In this document: positions 51,291 to 64,000 of the stretch, one piece after another
How positions within the stretch are numbered: the first letter of the stretch is position 1
Layout: every line of letters starts with the position of its first letter
DNA from: Octopus vulgaris
Lineage: Eukaryota
Assembly (NCBI GenBank): GCA_951406725.2
Contig: OX597817.1
Location: 162,502,001-162,566,000, forward strand
Direction: 5' to 3'
Length of the DNA stretch: 64,000 nt
Made by a program: the position numbers and the translations under genes
Notes under the pieces: generated by a model
The model's input: the letters and a program-made list of their open reading frames with translations, nothing else
The model's database searches: none
What the model was told of the DNA's origin: nothing

Positions 51291-51935
51291 AAGGCAGCGA
51301 GCTGGCAGAAACTTTAGCGTGCTGGGAGAAATGCTTAGTGGAATTTCGTCTGCAGTTACGTTCTGAGTTCAAATTCCGCTGAGGTCGACTTTGCGTTTCA
51401 TCCTTTTGGAGTCAATTAAATAAGTACCTATTTCTTTATTACCCACAGGGGGCTAAACATAGAGGAGACAAACATGGACAGACATAGGTATTAAGTCGAT
51501 TATATCGACCCCAGTGCTTAACTGGTACTTAATTTATCGACCCCGAAAGGATGAAAGGCAAAGTCGACCTCGTCGGAATTTGAACTCACAACGTAACGGC
51601 AGCCGAAATACCGCTAAGCATTTCGCCCGACGTGCTAACGATTCTGCTAGCTCGCCGCCAATTAAATAAGTACCAGTTATGCACTGGGGTCGATATAATT
51701 GACTTAATCCATTTGTCTGTCTTTGTTTGTCCCCTCTGTGTTTAGCCCCCAGTGGGTAATAAAGAAATAGGTATTTCGTCTGTCTTTACGTTCTGAGTTC
51801 AAATTCTGCCAGGGTTGACTTTGCCTTTCATCCTTTTGGGGTCAATAAATTAAGAACCAGTTGTGTACTGGGGTCAATCTAATCGACTGCCCCACCCCCA
51901 AAAAATTTCGAGCCATGTGCCTAGAGTAGAAAAGA
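51291..51935 (+). mobile_element. SINE family A dimer with an antisense family A copy inserted (51429-51658)
   Basis: 16-bp TSD CAATTAAATAAGTACC. Confidence 0.88.
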
Positions 51936-52303
51936 ATATTCAAGCAGATGTTTTCCAAAGAAAATAACCTCCAGTCAGTTTGTAATGCAGCATTATCAAC
52001 AGATTGAAAACTGTGTTAGCTATAATTCTGTGCAATCAATATCAGTTTTGTTGTTTTTAGATTTCCTTTTAACACTTAGATGAAATATTTACTGATACGA
52101 TGGAAAATCAAACCAGTGGCACTATTCCAGAGTATAAGAGAGAAAGAGAGAAGGAGGAATGTAAATAGAGAGAGATATAAAGAGAATGGTAAGAGAATGT
52201 GAAGCTTTCTTTTATAACAAGTTTATGTGTTCTTCAAGAATGTGTTTACAGTTGGTTGCTGTAACACGTGTCTGCAACATTCATCATTATCATCAACATT
52301 TAA

Positions 52304-52710
52304 CCCTTTTGATACCAACCTGGCTGAAACCACCTCTGGCTCTGTAGTACAAATGTCTTGTTTTCATAAGTTTTGAATTAAAATCTTCCACCAAACCTTA
52401 GTCACAATTTATGTTCCTATCACTAGCTTAATGATAATTAAGTTATTTTACTAAATTCTTTGTTATCCCTCTCTCTCTTTTGAAGAGGCACTGAGCAGCT
52501 ATACGCACATGGCAGTAACTTCCACCTACCGAATTCAATCACAAAGCTCCGGTCAGCTCAGGGCTATAGTGGAAGACACCTACCCAAAGTGCCACGCAGT
52601 GGGACCGAACCCGAAACCATATAGCTAGGAAGCAAGCTCCCTAACCACACAGCCATGCCCTAATTGAATGAAACACAAAGCAACTCAAAATAAATACGGT
52701 AACAAAAGGG
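52304..52710. mobile_element. piggyBac-type MITE with inserted SINE B fragment
   Basis: TTAA|CCCTTTTG..CAAAAGGG|TTAA; reverse copy of 37547-37768. Confidence 0.8.
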
Positions 52711-53229
52711 TTAATGTCCATTTTCCATACTTGCATGGGTTGGACGATTTGACAGGATATGGTAAAGCCAGGGTCTGCATCAGGTTCCATAGTCTGTTTT
52801 GGCTTGGTTCCTACAGCTGGATGCCTTTCCTAACACCAACCACTTTACAGAGTGTACTGGGTGCTTTTTACATGGTACCGTCACCAGTGCTTCTTTTATG
52901 TGGTATCTTTCATTTTAGGATCTCAATTCTGTTGTGGTGAGTATATTTTTTCTCGAGTCCATCAATGCACCACATACCTCAGTCCTCTATCATCTCCTTC
53001 ATGAGGTTCAATGTTTTGAAATCCACTTTCTTTGTGTGTGTGTATGTGTGTGTGTGTTGTGACTGTTTCTGTATGTGAGTGAACATCCCTTGATTATTGT
53101 TACCCTCACCACTGTACCTGCTAGAAATAGCAGCCAAACTCCTTCAAAACAAAAAACAGAAACCTCACAGAACACAGTCTTATGTACATCTTTTGAATGT
53201 GAGCTTATTTGTTCAGTGCTGACCAAGGA

Positions 53230-53266
<37 letters not shown>

Positions 53267-53517
53267 ATATTGCCATCCTCCTCCTCCCCATCATCATTGT
53301 TTTTAACATCCACTTTTCCAGACAGAGTTTACTGAGGCAGAGTTTGCACAGCCGGATACTCTTCCTCTCACCAACACTCACCAGGTTACATGTAAGGTAA
53401 ACAGTTCACCATGGCCAGACATGCTTTCATGGAATATTTGAAATGACTGACTCTCTATATTATAATATAATAACACTCATTTACAACCGCCAGGACAAGA
53501 AGACACAAAAATGTGTG

Positions 53518-53556
<39 letters not shown>

Positions 53557-54021
53557 TTGAATAAAATTTTGGATAAAATGCTTGGAGTATGCTATACAAA
53601 GTGGAGGCGCATGGCTTAGTGGTTAGGGTGTCAGAATCATGATCGTAAGATTGTGGTTTCAATTCCTGGACCGAGCGACGCGTTGTGTTCTTGAGCAAAA
53701 CACTTCATTTCACATTGCTCCAGTCCACTCAGCTGGCAAAAATTAGTAACGCTGCGATGGACTGGTGTCCTGTCCAGCTGGGAAACATATACACCATAGA
53801 AACCGGGAAACCGGGCCCATGAGCCTGGCTAGGCTTTAAAAGGGTGCATTTATTTATTTATGCTATACAAAACTTGTACACAATTATTGGCTACCAAATG
53901 TCATCATACAGTAGGAATATTCTTGTCATTGGATATACATCTGGAATTCTGTAGCATCTGTAGGGTTTATATAAAGATCTGAAGAAGACAAAATGGATGG
54001 AAGGACATTCTTTATTTCATT

Positions 54022-54134
54022 TCACTACGATTGTTTCCACATATTGTCATACTTGTTGTACATTGGTGATATAATTAACAGATTGTGTAATCACTACCAT
54101 CCATCAATGGTGTAGGATGAGTCTCTTCAGCTGA
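54022..54134 (-). ncRNA. Penelope-type hammerhead ribozyme-like motif
   Basis: Minus strand TCAG-CTGAAGA-GAC-[~80 nt]-GTG-GAAA-CAATCG-TA-GTGA then AATAAA; core boxes intact, stems carry single mismatches. Confidence 0.5.
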
Positions 54135-54146
54135 TTATTTTGAATA

Positions 54147-54659
54147 CCGTAAATCCTCGAGTATAGTCCACCCTTGAGTATAATACACAGGTGATTTCTA
54201 GGGGGCTGTACCTCTGAAAAACCTAAACCTTGTGTATAATATGCACCCCTTCTCTAACTTGAGTCAAGGAGGTCTATATAATGTCCTTGGTTTGTAAAAA
54301 TGTATACGGTAACGTCCTTTATTATTATTGTAGATATAACATAATGCAAACGTGTAGCTTTTTTGGTGCATTTTATTTGCAGAAAATAAAGAAATAACAG
54401 TAATAACGTTTAATAAATGTTGCTTATTGCAAGTTATGGATGATTCTTTTATGACTTCATTGCCTTCAGGCTTAGCTTAAGGTATTTTCGCGCCTGACAT
54501 CACAAAATGCATCTTAATAAACATTGCCGGACAGAAAATAGAGACGCGGACATTGCTTAGAAAATATTTTTCATTTTTAACCTCGTATATAGTACGCACT
54601 AGGGATTTTGACCTTAAAATTTTGGGAAAAAAAAGCGGATTATACACGAGGATTTACGG
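54147..54659. mobile_element. pogo/Tigger-like MITE, complete
   Basis: TA|CCGTAAATCCTCG..CGAGGATTTACGG|TA. Confidence 0.9.
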
Positions 54660-55303
54660 TAGGTTCTTTGTTAGATCAGATTGCCATTTCACTCTATACG
54701 TGAATGAATATCCAAAGCAGTGTTCAAATTTCAGCAATTTGCTGACAAAACTAAACCCATGAATAAAATGACAGACAAAGCAAAAATATAATCAAAATAC
54801 AAAAATGCAAAAACAAAGAAACAAACAAAAAAATTCCATGTCCGGTTATTATCTGACTGTGAAGATAGAATTGTATTTTATAGTTAAAATGTGAGTGTGT
54901 GTTGTGACTTTCTGTATGTGAGTGAACATCCCTTGATTATGGTTACCCTCACCACTGTACCTGCTAGAAATAGCAGCCAAACTCCTTCAAAAAAAAAAAA
55001 AACCCAGAAACCTCACAGAACACAGTCTTATGTACATCTTTGAATGTGAGCTTATTTGTTCAGTGCTGACCAAGGACTCACCACCACCAACAACAACAAT
55101 GACAAGCCTGCAAAGTCAGATCAGTCAATTTTTTTTCCCCGCTTTCTCAAAATACTCCATTATGTTATGTCCTGGTATTGTTTGCATGGGACTTTCCTCA
55201 CACCTGAATATCTGTTTATACAGCTCGAAGATTTATGCGACTACATTACCATTACACACACACATATATAAATATATCCATACATGATGTGTGCATGCAT
55301 GTC

Positions 55304-55356
<53 letters not shown>

Positions 55357-56632
55357 CAAATAAGAAAATGAAGGAGAACAATAATTGGTTCATCAACTTT
55401 AGGACATTAAAAATGTTAACTTATTTAATTATTAAACTGATAATAATAATAATAACATACATACATATAGCATATTATTCTATGCATATAAGATAAGGAT
55501 ACAAGTAATTATTAACAAACATGAATATAAATTAGTAAAATAACTTTTATATATATATATAATGTATGCGTGTGTGCATGCATGTATGAGTGTGTGTAGA
55601 TGTATGTATGTATGTATGTATGTATGTATGTATGTATATGTATGTATGTACGTATGTATGTATGTATGTATGTATGCATGCATGCATGCATGTATGTATG
55701 TATGTATATATGTATGTATGTATATTACATACATGTTATACGTATACAGATTTTGGTGATGCAAACAGGAAAAGTAGAACTCAAAACATGAGTATATATT
55801 TATATATGTTTTTTTTTTAACAATATTTAGTAGGAACAACAGTGACTCAGTTTTATAAGTGTTAACACACAAAACCCTTGGCCCCTGAATCACTTTGTTG
55901 TTTTTGCTAAACACTGGTAAAAAAAAATATCACACACACACACACACACATTATATTATATTATATAGAGATAGAGATACATCATTACATATGTATATTA
56001 TATGTATATTATGCATGCATACACACACACATATATATACACATACATACATACACACATACATACATACATAATACATACGTATATATTCTTTTACTTT
56101 TTTCTTTTACTAGTTTCAGTCATTTGACTGCAACCAAGCTGGAGCACCACCTTTAGCCTAACAAATCAATCCCAGGATTTATTCTTTGTAAGCCTAGTAC
56201 TTATTCTTATTTCTTTATTGCCCACAAGGGGCTAAACATAGAGGGGACAAACAAGGACAGACAAAGGGATTAAGTCGATTATATCGACCCCAGTGCATAA
56301 CTGGTACTTAATTTGTCTACAATCATGAAATTAGCATTAGCATATCTCACTCTTTCTCACGGAATCCCTAGGAATCTCTCATGGAACTCTAGAGTTCCGG
56401 AGAACCTCAGTTCAGAAACGCTGTTGTAGAGTAATATACAAGCACTTAGCTATGAGTGCATTGCATCTTATAGCGGAAACAGTTGTAAGCTAATGAAGTG
56501 AATTACATAATTTCTTATTCTCAAGTCATTTGTTTAATTTCCTATTAATGCTCTGTTCTTGACTGACACTTATTTCTGAAGCATGTGTATATTGAGTTCT
56601 AAAACCAGTATCACAATGCCTAAGTAAAATGA

Positions 56633-56669
<37 letters not shown>

Positions 56670-57727
56670 GTATATTTTATATTATATTGAGGGCATTACT
56701 ATACATAAATGCCACACACTAGGAGAGATTCTTAAAGTCAAAACTACCGGAGTATATTCAGTACTGAATTTTTATTCCGAATAAACACATTGTACTGAGA
56801 TGCAATTCGAAAAAGCCCTCCTTTTACATAGATGTATAATGGATGAACATTTCTATATGCTACACTGGATACATTGGTTGTTCGTCAGGTATGTTAATTT
56901 TTGTTCATTCATTATAAATCTTGAATTACGCTTGCACTGAAGATTAAAAAGTGCATTTCTGCACTAATTATGAAATGAAGTGATTTGCAACTGAATTCTC
57001 TTTTTAAAGTTATAACCGAATTGATCCATGATAGAGTAGACCTAGATAAGATGCAGTTTGGCTTTGTCCCCAGAAGAGGCATCACATATGCAATCATATA
57101 TGCAATCTTCCTCAAAAGGAGAGGGAGTGAGTGAGTGAGTGTGTGTAAGTGTGCACGCATGCACGTATGTATGTGTGTGTGTGTGTGTGTGTGAGTAAAA
57201 GAAAGAGAGAGAGAGAAAGGGAGAGAATGAGAGAAACACCAAAATTTCTGATGTCAAATGAGTCAGTGTCGAATCAGCTACACCAAACTGGCGGCACCAA
57301 AACAGCTGCACTGAAGCATCTCATACTTGACCGAGCTGGAATGGAATAGCAACAACTTTAAGTAAACCATGATGAAAAAAATAAACATAAAACAACTGAG
57401 TGAAAAAACAAACAAAAAGGGACTTGGAAGTCCAGTGAAGATCTGCAGAAAACAGACAACTGACTTATTGAATGCCTTCCCAAATATATTTAACTCCAAA
57501 AGTTGAGATATAGTAGTGGGTGTTTCAATGGGGCAGTAATAATTCCAAGAATTTAAGTACAGGAAAAAAAGAAAATCAGTAATTTTACCAAAACTGATAA
57601 CGTTGCTAAAAGTGCTAAAACACGAGGGGTGCAGGATGTTATAGCTGTTGGGACAGGGTAATTACACATTCAATTTTGTGGCTTTCTATTTTCAAACAGA
57701 TTCTCATTTCAATCTGTCTTCACTATT

Positions 57728-57757
57728 CTATCTATCTGTCTCTGCCTATCTATCTAA

Positions 57758-57855
<98 letters not shown>

Positions 57856-57908
57856 GTCTGTCTGTCTATCTATCTATCTGTCTGTCTGTCTGTCTATCTA
57901 TCTGTCTG

Positions 57909-57941
<33 letters not shown>

Positions 57942-57972
57942 ATATCTATCTATCTATCTATCTATCTGTCTG

Positions 57973-58010
<38 letters not shown>

Positions 58011-58070
58011 CATCCATTCATCTATCCAGCCAGCCAGCCATCCATCTGTCTGTCTGTCTGTCTATCTATT
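57728..58070. repeat. (TATC)/(TGTC) microsatellite
   Basis: Directly visible. Confidence 0.97.
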
Positions 58071-58481
58071 TACTTCTTTGTTTCTCCCTCTCCTCCTTCT
58101 CCCTCCAACTCTCTCCCTCCCTCCCCTCTCTCTCTGCACACAGACACACACACACATACGTACACACACACACATATACCTACACACTCACACACCCACA
58201 CACATCTATGCATACATTTACATAAGCATCCATATATACTCACACATACATACATGCATACACACATACATACATACATACATACATAAACACACACACA
58301 TATGGATGTTAGTATGTATGTATGTATATTTTAATAAGTTTGTCACCCGATAGGAAGGATAGTGGCCATGACCTTTTGTAGGCCTTTATCAAAACGTTCC
58401 TCTCTCCCATCAGACCTCCACATCTCCTATATCTCTGTCTATTCGTCCATTCATCCATCTGTTCATCAAACTAGTTTCCCT

Positions 58482-58552
<71 letters not shown>

Positions 58553-59739
58553 GTCCATCTATCTACCTGTCTATCTTATTTCTTTACTGCCCACAAGGGG
58601 CTACACACAGAGGGGACAAACAAGGACAGACAAATGGATTAAGTCGATTACATTGACCCCAGTGAGCAACTGGTACTTAATTTATCCACCCCAAAAGGAT
58701 GAAAGGCAAAGTCAACCACAGTGGAATTTGAACTCAGAATGTAGCGGCAGACGAAATACCGCTAAGCATTTCGGCCGGCATGCTAACGTTTCTGCCAGCT
58801 CGCCGCCTTCTTTTTTTTATATTTGCGTGGAGATTAGGTGTTTCGCTCATAAACACACAAATCACCCGGTCTGAGATTCAAACCCGCGAGTCCGCTGCTC
58901 TAACCACTAGGCCATGTGCCTCAACCTGTCTATCTATCTACTTTTTGATTTCTTACCACAACACCAATACTATTGTCAAATACTAACCAAAAACCAACAC
59001 TATCAGCAGTTGCCATACAGCCACCACCACCACCACCACCACCATCATCATCATTATCATCATCAGCATCATCATTTAATGGCCATGATCCATGCTGGTA
59101 TGGATAGGACAGCTTGGCAAGAACCAATGTATCCAAGGACTGCATTAAGCTCCAATGTCTGTTTGGCATGGTTTCCATGGCTGGATACTCTTCCTAATGC
59201 CAACCACTTTTAGTGTGAACTGGGTATTTTTTTCATACCACTTGCACTGTTGAGGTCACTATGCAGTTTGCAACAGGACTACATGCCCTTGGGTAGGTGG
59301 GGGATCATCTTCATGCCAGTGGATAAGGAGATTGCTATGAGGGGGATGGTGGCAGAGCAGATTCCTGCAGAGGGATCTGCATGGCTACTCACACCTAATA
59401 TGAAAAAAAAAATCAATTCCATTTTCAATACTTTCACCAATATTACACCAATACCCTTACTGTCATCCAAGCCAACACCATGAACAAAAATACCATTTAT
59501 ACCATCACCAATACCTCTGTGGCAAGACAAAACTGAGTTACCAGATTACAAAATTTAAGTCACAACATAATACACCCTTGCTCACATGGGAAATCAAATT
59601 ATTGGCCAATCAGTAGCCAGATTTCATGTGATAGATCATTCTAGATCCTTCTGGAACCTCTCAATACAAAGGTAATATGAAGGCTTGTTTTTAACACCAA
59701 CTTTCAGTGTGTGGTCACCCACAGTCCAGTTTCACATAC

Positions 59740-59866
59740 TCTTTTGCTATTTGTAATAATTGACTCCAGTTCAACAAGGATATGCCATCATATTTGGCCA
59801 GTGTGAATCTGATGTGTATATTTTCTCCTGTCCTGGCAAGCTTAAGTACAGAGCTTTTGTAATCAA
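59740..59866 (-). CDS. candidate internal exon DYKSSVLKLARTGENIHIRFTLAKYDGISLLNWSQLLQIAK, product unknown
   Basis: Acceptor tattattcataaacag, donor GA|GTATGT, 127 nt open (phase 1 to 2), protein-like composition, non-repeat sequence. Confidence 0.45.
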
Positions 59867-60002
59867 CTGTTTATGAATAATACAGAATTCTTCTTTCTAT
59901 TGACTGGTTGAATATTACTTGTGCAGTGAAATAAAAAAAAGTTACAGTTAAATGTTTGCAAGGTGTTGTTACATCATTCACACACAGCCTCACATGCATA
60001 CC

Positions 60003-60236
60003 TATTTCTTTACTACCCACAAGGGGCCAAACACAGAGGAGACAAACAAGGACAGACAGACGGATTAAGTCGATTATATCGACCCCAGTGCATAACTGGT
60101 ATTTAATTTATCGACCCCGAAAGGATGAAAGGCAAAGTCGACCTCGGTGGAATTTGAACTCAGAACATAACAGCAGACGAAATACTGCTAAGCATTTTGC
60201 CCGGTGTGCTAACGTTTCTGCCAGCTCACCGCCTTT
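60003..60236 (-). mobile_element. SINE family A, full length
   Basis: 14-bp TSD CTCACATGCATACC. Confidence 0.9.
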
Positions 60237-61002
60237 CTCACATGCATACCATCAAATAAAACACCTCCACCAATTCACTGATGCCAACCACTAAAACCAC
60301 CACCTATACTATCATCAATTCTCCACCAAACTACCAATTCTGTCTCCTATACCGATACCACCACCACCACCAACGCCACCGCCAACACTACCTTCTACCT
60401 CTTTTCAGTAGAAATCTCATAAGATGCTTCAGCAAGGAACCTCATGCATTTGTTTCAATCATTAGATTGCAGCCTTGAAAGGTACTTAGTTGAACAAATT
60501 AACCCCAGCTAAGTTCTGGAGACATAAACAAACCAACACCAGGTAGTGGAAGTGGACAAACACAGACACAAAGATACATACACACATGCACACACACACA
60601 TGCAAGCACATGCAAACACACACACACATGTGACACCATGCGAATATCATGTGAATGGCACCCATGGAATTGTTGTTGGGGCCATTGCTAGTGTCCTGCA
60701 AATGCCACCCATGAAAGGGTAGTCATGACCATTGCTGGTGTCGTGTAAATGGCCCCCTGCTGGTGTTGTGTGAATGGCACTCGTGAAATCATAGCAATGG
60801 TCATAGCTGATGTTATGCAAATGGCATTCATGCCAGTGGTATGTAAAGGTAACTATTAACTCTTGGAGTGATTGGTGTTAGGGAGGGCATCCAGCTGTGG
60901 AAACCATACCAAAATCAGACTGGAACCTGGTGCAGCTTCTCTGGCTTACCGGTTCCAGTCAAACTGTGTGACCCATACTCACATGAAAGGTGGACGTTAA
61001 AT

Positions 61003-61021
61003 GCTGCTGCTGCTGCAATTC

Positions 61022-61060
<39 letters not shown>

Positions 61061-61061
61061 C

Positions 61062-61095
<34 letters not shown>

Positions 61096-61310
61096 GTGGT
61101 GGTGGTGGTGGTGGTGGTGGTGGTGGTAGTGGTGAGATGGTGATGATGATGCTGGTGCTGGTGCTGGTGATAGTGATGGTGATGGTGATGGTGGTGATGA
61201 TGGTGATGATGGTGATGATGGTGAGATGGTGATGATGATGATGGTGAAGATGATGATGATGGTGAAGATGATGATGGTGAAAATGATGATGATGATGATG
61301 ATGATGATGA
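61003..61310. repeat. (GCT)/(GAT)/(GGT) trinucleotide tract
   Basis: Directly visible; extends a SINE E tail. Confidence 0.95.
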
Positions 61311-61618
61311 CAAAAATTTAATAGGTTGTTTATAAATGTCTTTGTTTTGAAATAACAACCAGTTTCCTAACAGAATAGTGTGCCAATAAAAAAGACTGTT
61401 AGTAATTATATCGCAAATAAAGATGAGTAAACATTAATATCACATTACATAATTAGATAAACAATTATTTTTTACAATGATGTAATTTTATATTCATATT
61501 TCAAAAAAAAAAAATGCTTAAGTTTAATTCAGTCTTAGAAAAATATCTAATGTTTATGAGAGAGTGGCTCACAGAGTAACAGAAATAGGAACGAAAAGAT
61601 TTGGGCTATATCAATGTA

Positions 61619-62011
61619 CTAGCAGTATCGCCTGGCGATGCTCGGGTTTGTTTCGACCCTTTAGAATTGTAATTTTTGAAAAGTAAAGATTTTGCATTAT
61701 GTAGTTTGTTATTCTCTTTAAGTGAACATTTTTCTGGTTGAAATACACCAAAAAATGGCGACACAGCAGTAAAAAAATCGTAAAAAATAGGGATTTTCAG
61801 AGAAAAAAAAGCACCTTTTTGATGTAAATCATTTTTGGTGCTAACATGGTCTGATTTAAATTTTTTCTCATATGGAATGAAGAGCAAGCCTTCTTCTATC
61901 ATACTCTCAATTTTGGTCAACTTGCGCTGCAGGGTCTCGGAGGAGATAGTGTTAGTTGAAGGCTACCAAACCTGCCATTCACAGACAACTTCAGCTTTAT
62001 ATATATAGAGA
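61619..62011 (-). mobile_element. non-autonomous Helitron
   Basis: Reverse copy of the 41631-42081 family with TC and CTAG ends. Confidence 0.85.
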
Positions 62012-62294
62012 TTATCTAGATTGCATACAAAGTGAGGGAATACACAAAAAAGAGCACTATCATAATGTAGTACACATAGACATGGGAGCAAGGAAAAATT
62101 AGTGTAAAGGGGGCCAAAGCAAAACCTAAGCTTTTTATTCACAGAATTTTCAAATTGTTTGAACAAGTCAAAAGATCATAGAACAAGTGGATTACGGGAA
62201 TTAATGATAATTTAATTCAGGTACAACAAAAATATCGCAAAAATGTTTGTTCGTAGAATGACAATATTTGAAGATGTTTTTGATTTCTTACAAA

Positions 62295-62468
62295 GGCATA
62301 GGAGTGGCTGTGTGGTAAGTAGCTTGCTTACGAACCACATGGTACTGGGTTCAGTCCCACTGCATGGCACCTTGGGCAAGTGTCTTCCTACTATAGCCTC
62401 AGGCCGACCAAAGCCTTGTGAGTGGATTCGGTAGATGGAAACTGAAAGAAGCCTGTCGTATATATGCA

Positions 62469-62516
<48 letters not shown>

Positions 62517-62772
62517 TATAAATATAAATATATATATATATATGTATGTGTGTGTGTATATGTTTGTGTGTCTGTGTTTGTCCCCCCCAACATCACTTGA
62601 CAACCGATGCTGGTGTGTTTAAGTCCCTGTAACTTAGCAGTTCGGCAAAAGAGACTGATAGAATAAGTACTAGGCTTACAAAGAATAAGTCCTGGGGTCG
62701 ATTTGCTCGACTAAAGGTGGTGCTCCAGCATGGCCACAGTCACATGACTGAAACAAGTAAAAGAGTAAAAGA
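62295..62772 (+). mobile_element. SINE family B
   Basis: Full-length match to other copies. Confidence 0.88.
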
Positions 62773-64000
62773 GTTGTTATACCAGGAAAGAAGTTCAAAC
62801 AGGAGCTTCCGAATTATGAAGTCTTCTTGAATTTGAATATTTTGATAATTTTGGCAGCATCTTCAACTAGAACTGAATTTGTGACAACCATTCAATACAA
62901 ACCATTGGTGGTGGTGGTGGTGGTGCTGCTGCTGCTGCTGCTGCTGTTGTTGTTGTTGTTGTTAAGCAACGAGGCGGGTAAGGGTGATTAGGTGATGGTC
63001 TAGGGCTTAGGGGTCGGAGACCCCAGCCCTTGGAAAAAAAAACTTTGGTCGTCTTGTTGTAGTCGAGGGCTCTTCGTTGACGCCCAACACCACTGGGAGG
63101 TGGCCCTCGAAGTCGCTGGAAATGGAGATCTCCAGGTCCAAATTCTTGAACTGATGATGATGGTGGTGGTGGTGGTGGTGGTGGTGGTAACGGTGGTGGC
63201 GGCAGCAGCGGTGGTGGTGGTGATGGTGATGATGATGATGATGATGATGAATGCTCATGGGTCAACACAGTCAGTCCATAACAACTTATTTTGTTTCTAA
63301 CATAACGCTTGCAGTTTATAACATTAGCCAATGTACACAAATTTCCTTTTGTTAAGATGATAATGTATGATATGAAGGATACTCAGTTACTATTTCTAGC
63401 AGGCTGAGCAACCATACAGAGATTCCCTTGTTCGCTTGCCCAGCAGTGTTGGAAGCAGCTGTAAAATACACTTCTGATTTACCTTGGAGATATATTTTGT
63501 TTTTGGGTTGTTTTTTTTTAACTCACAAGAAAATAATACGATAATCTGTCTAATAACAGCTTCCAGATCAATTACCTAACACCTCTACAGTTAAATAAAC
63601 AAGGAAAAAAATAAATCCTACATCTTTAAAGTCACATATTTTGTCTTAGATAATTGATAAGAAATTATGAAATTATACGCATGATATCACCATGGAAACA
63701 AGGATGTAATCCATCTTATAAAAAAATCAAAATCAAAAACTATTCTGTTAAATCAGTCACCAAAACAATCTACTTTTGGTATTATTTTTGAAAGCAAACA
63801 GATGTATTAGTTTAACACTCAGGAAGTTATATATCCTTACATATGCATATATAAACATACATATATACATATATATGTTTATATATCATCATCATCATCA
63901 TCATCATCATCGTTTAACGTCTGCTTTCCATGCTAGCATGGGTTGGATGAATGACTGAGGGCTGGTGAACCAGATGGCTGCACCAAAATCTTGATCTAGC

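Noticed and set aside
56832-56888. Selenoprotein-like exon (MYNG-TGA-TFLY)
   Set aside because: Another frame is fully open, no SECIS or family resemblance seen.

Overview
Eukaryotic, AT-rich, very repeat-dense window with no long ORF, rRNA, true tRNA or CRISPR array. The tRNA-derived SINE families and the (TACA)n/(GATA)n/(TA)n load resemble an Octopus (coleoid cephalopod) genome; this is recognition, not a search result. Most of the window is mobile-element material: at least five SINE families, non-autonomous Helitrons, Merlin-type MITEs (GG..CC ends, 8-bp TSDs, mostly carrying TTAGGG repeats), mariner DD34D and DD37D relics, pogo-like and piggyBac MITEs, two hAT transposase relics, Tx1/L1, RTE and R4/Dong LINE fragments, and two Penelope-type hammerhead ribozyme relics. 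Host genes show only as short candidate exons on the minus strand: a probable 5' end near 10.4-12.0 kb, and exons near 59.8, 45.1 and 40.5 kb, the last with a decayed duplicate at 37.3 kb. No product could be named. Most notable: telomere-repeat-carrying Merlin-type MITEs including a telomere-fusion mimic, a Dong/R4 3' end inside a (TACA)n tract, a SINE that appears to insert into itself at TACC/GGTA, and hammerhead cores with ~80-90 nt loop-II inserts. Nearly all supplied ORFs are microsatellite or SINE artefacts. Boundaries were read by eye and some are approximate.
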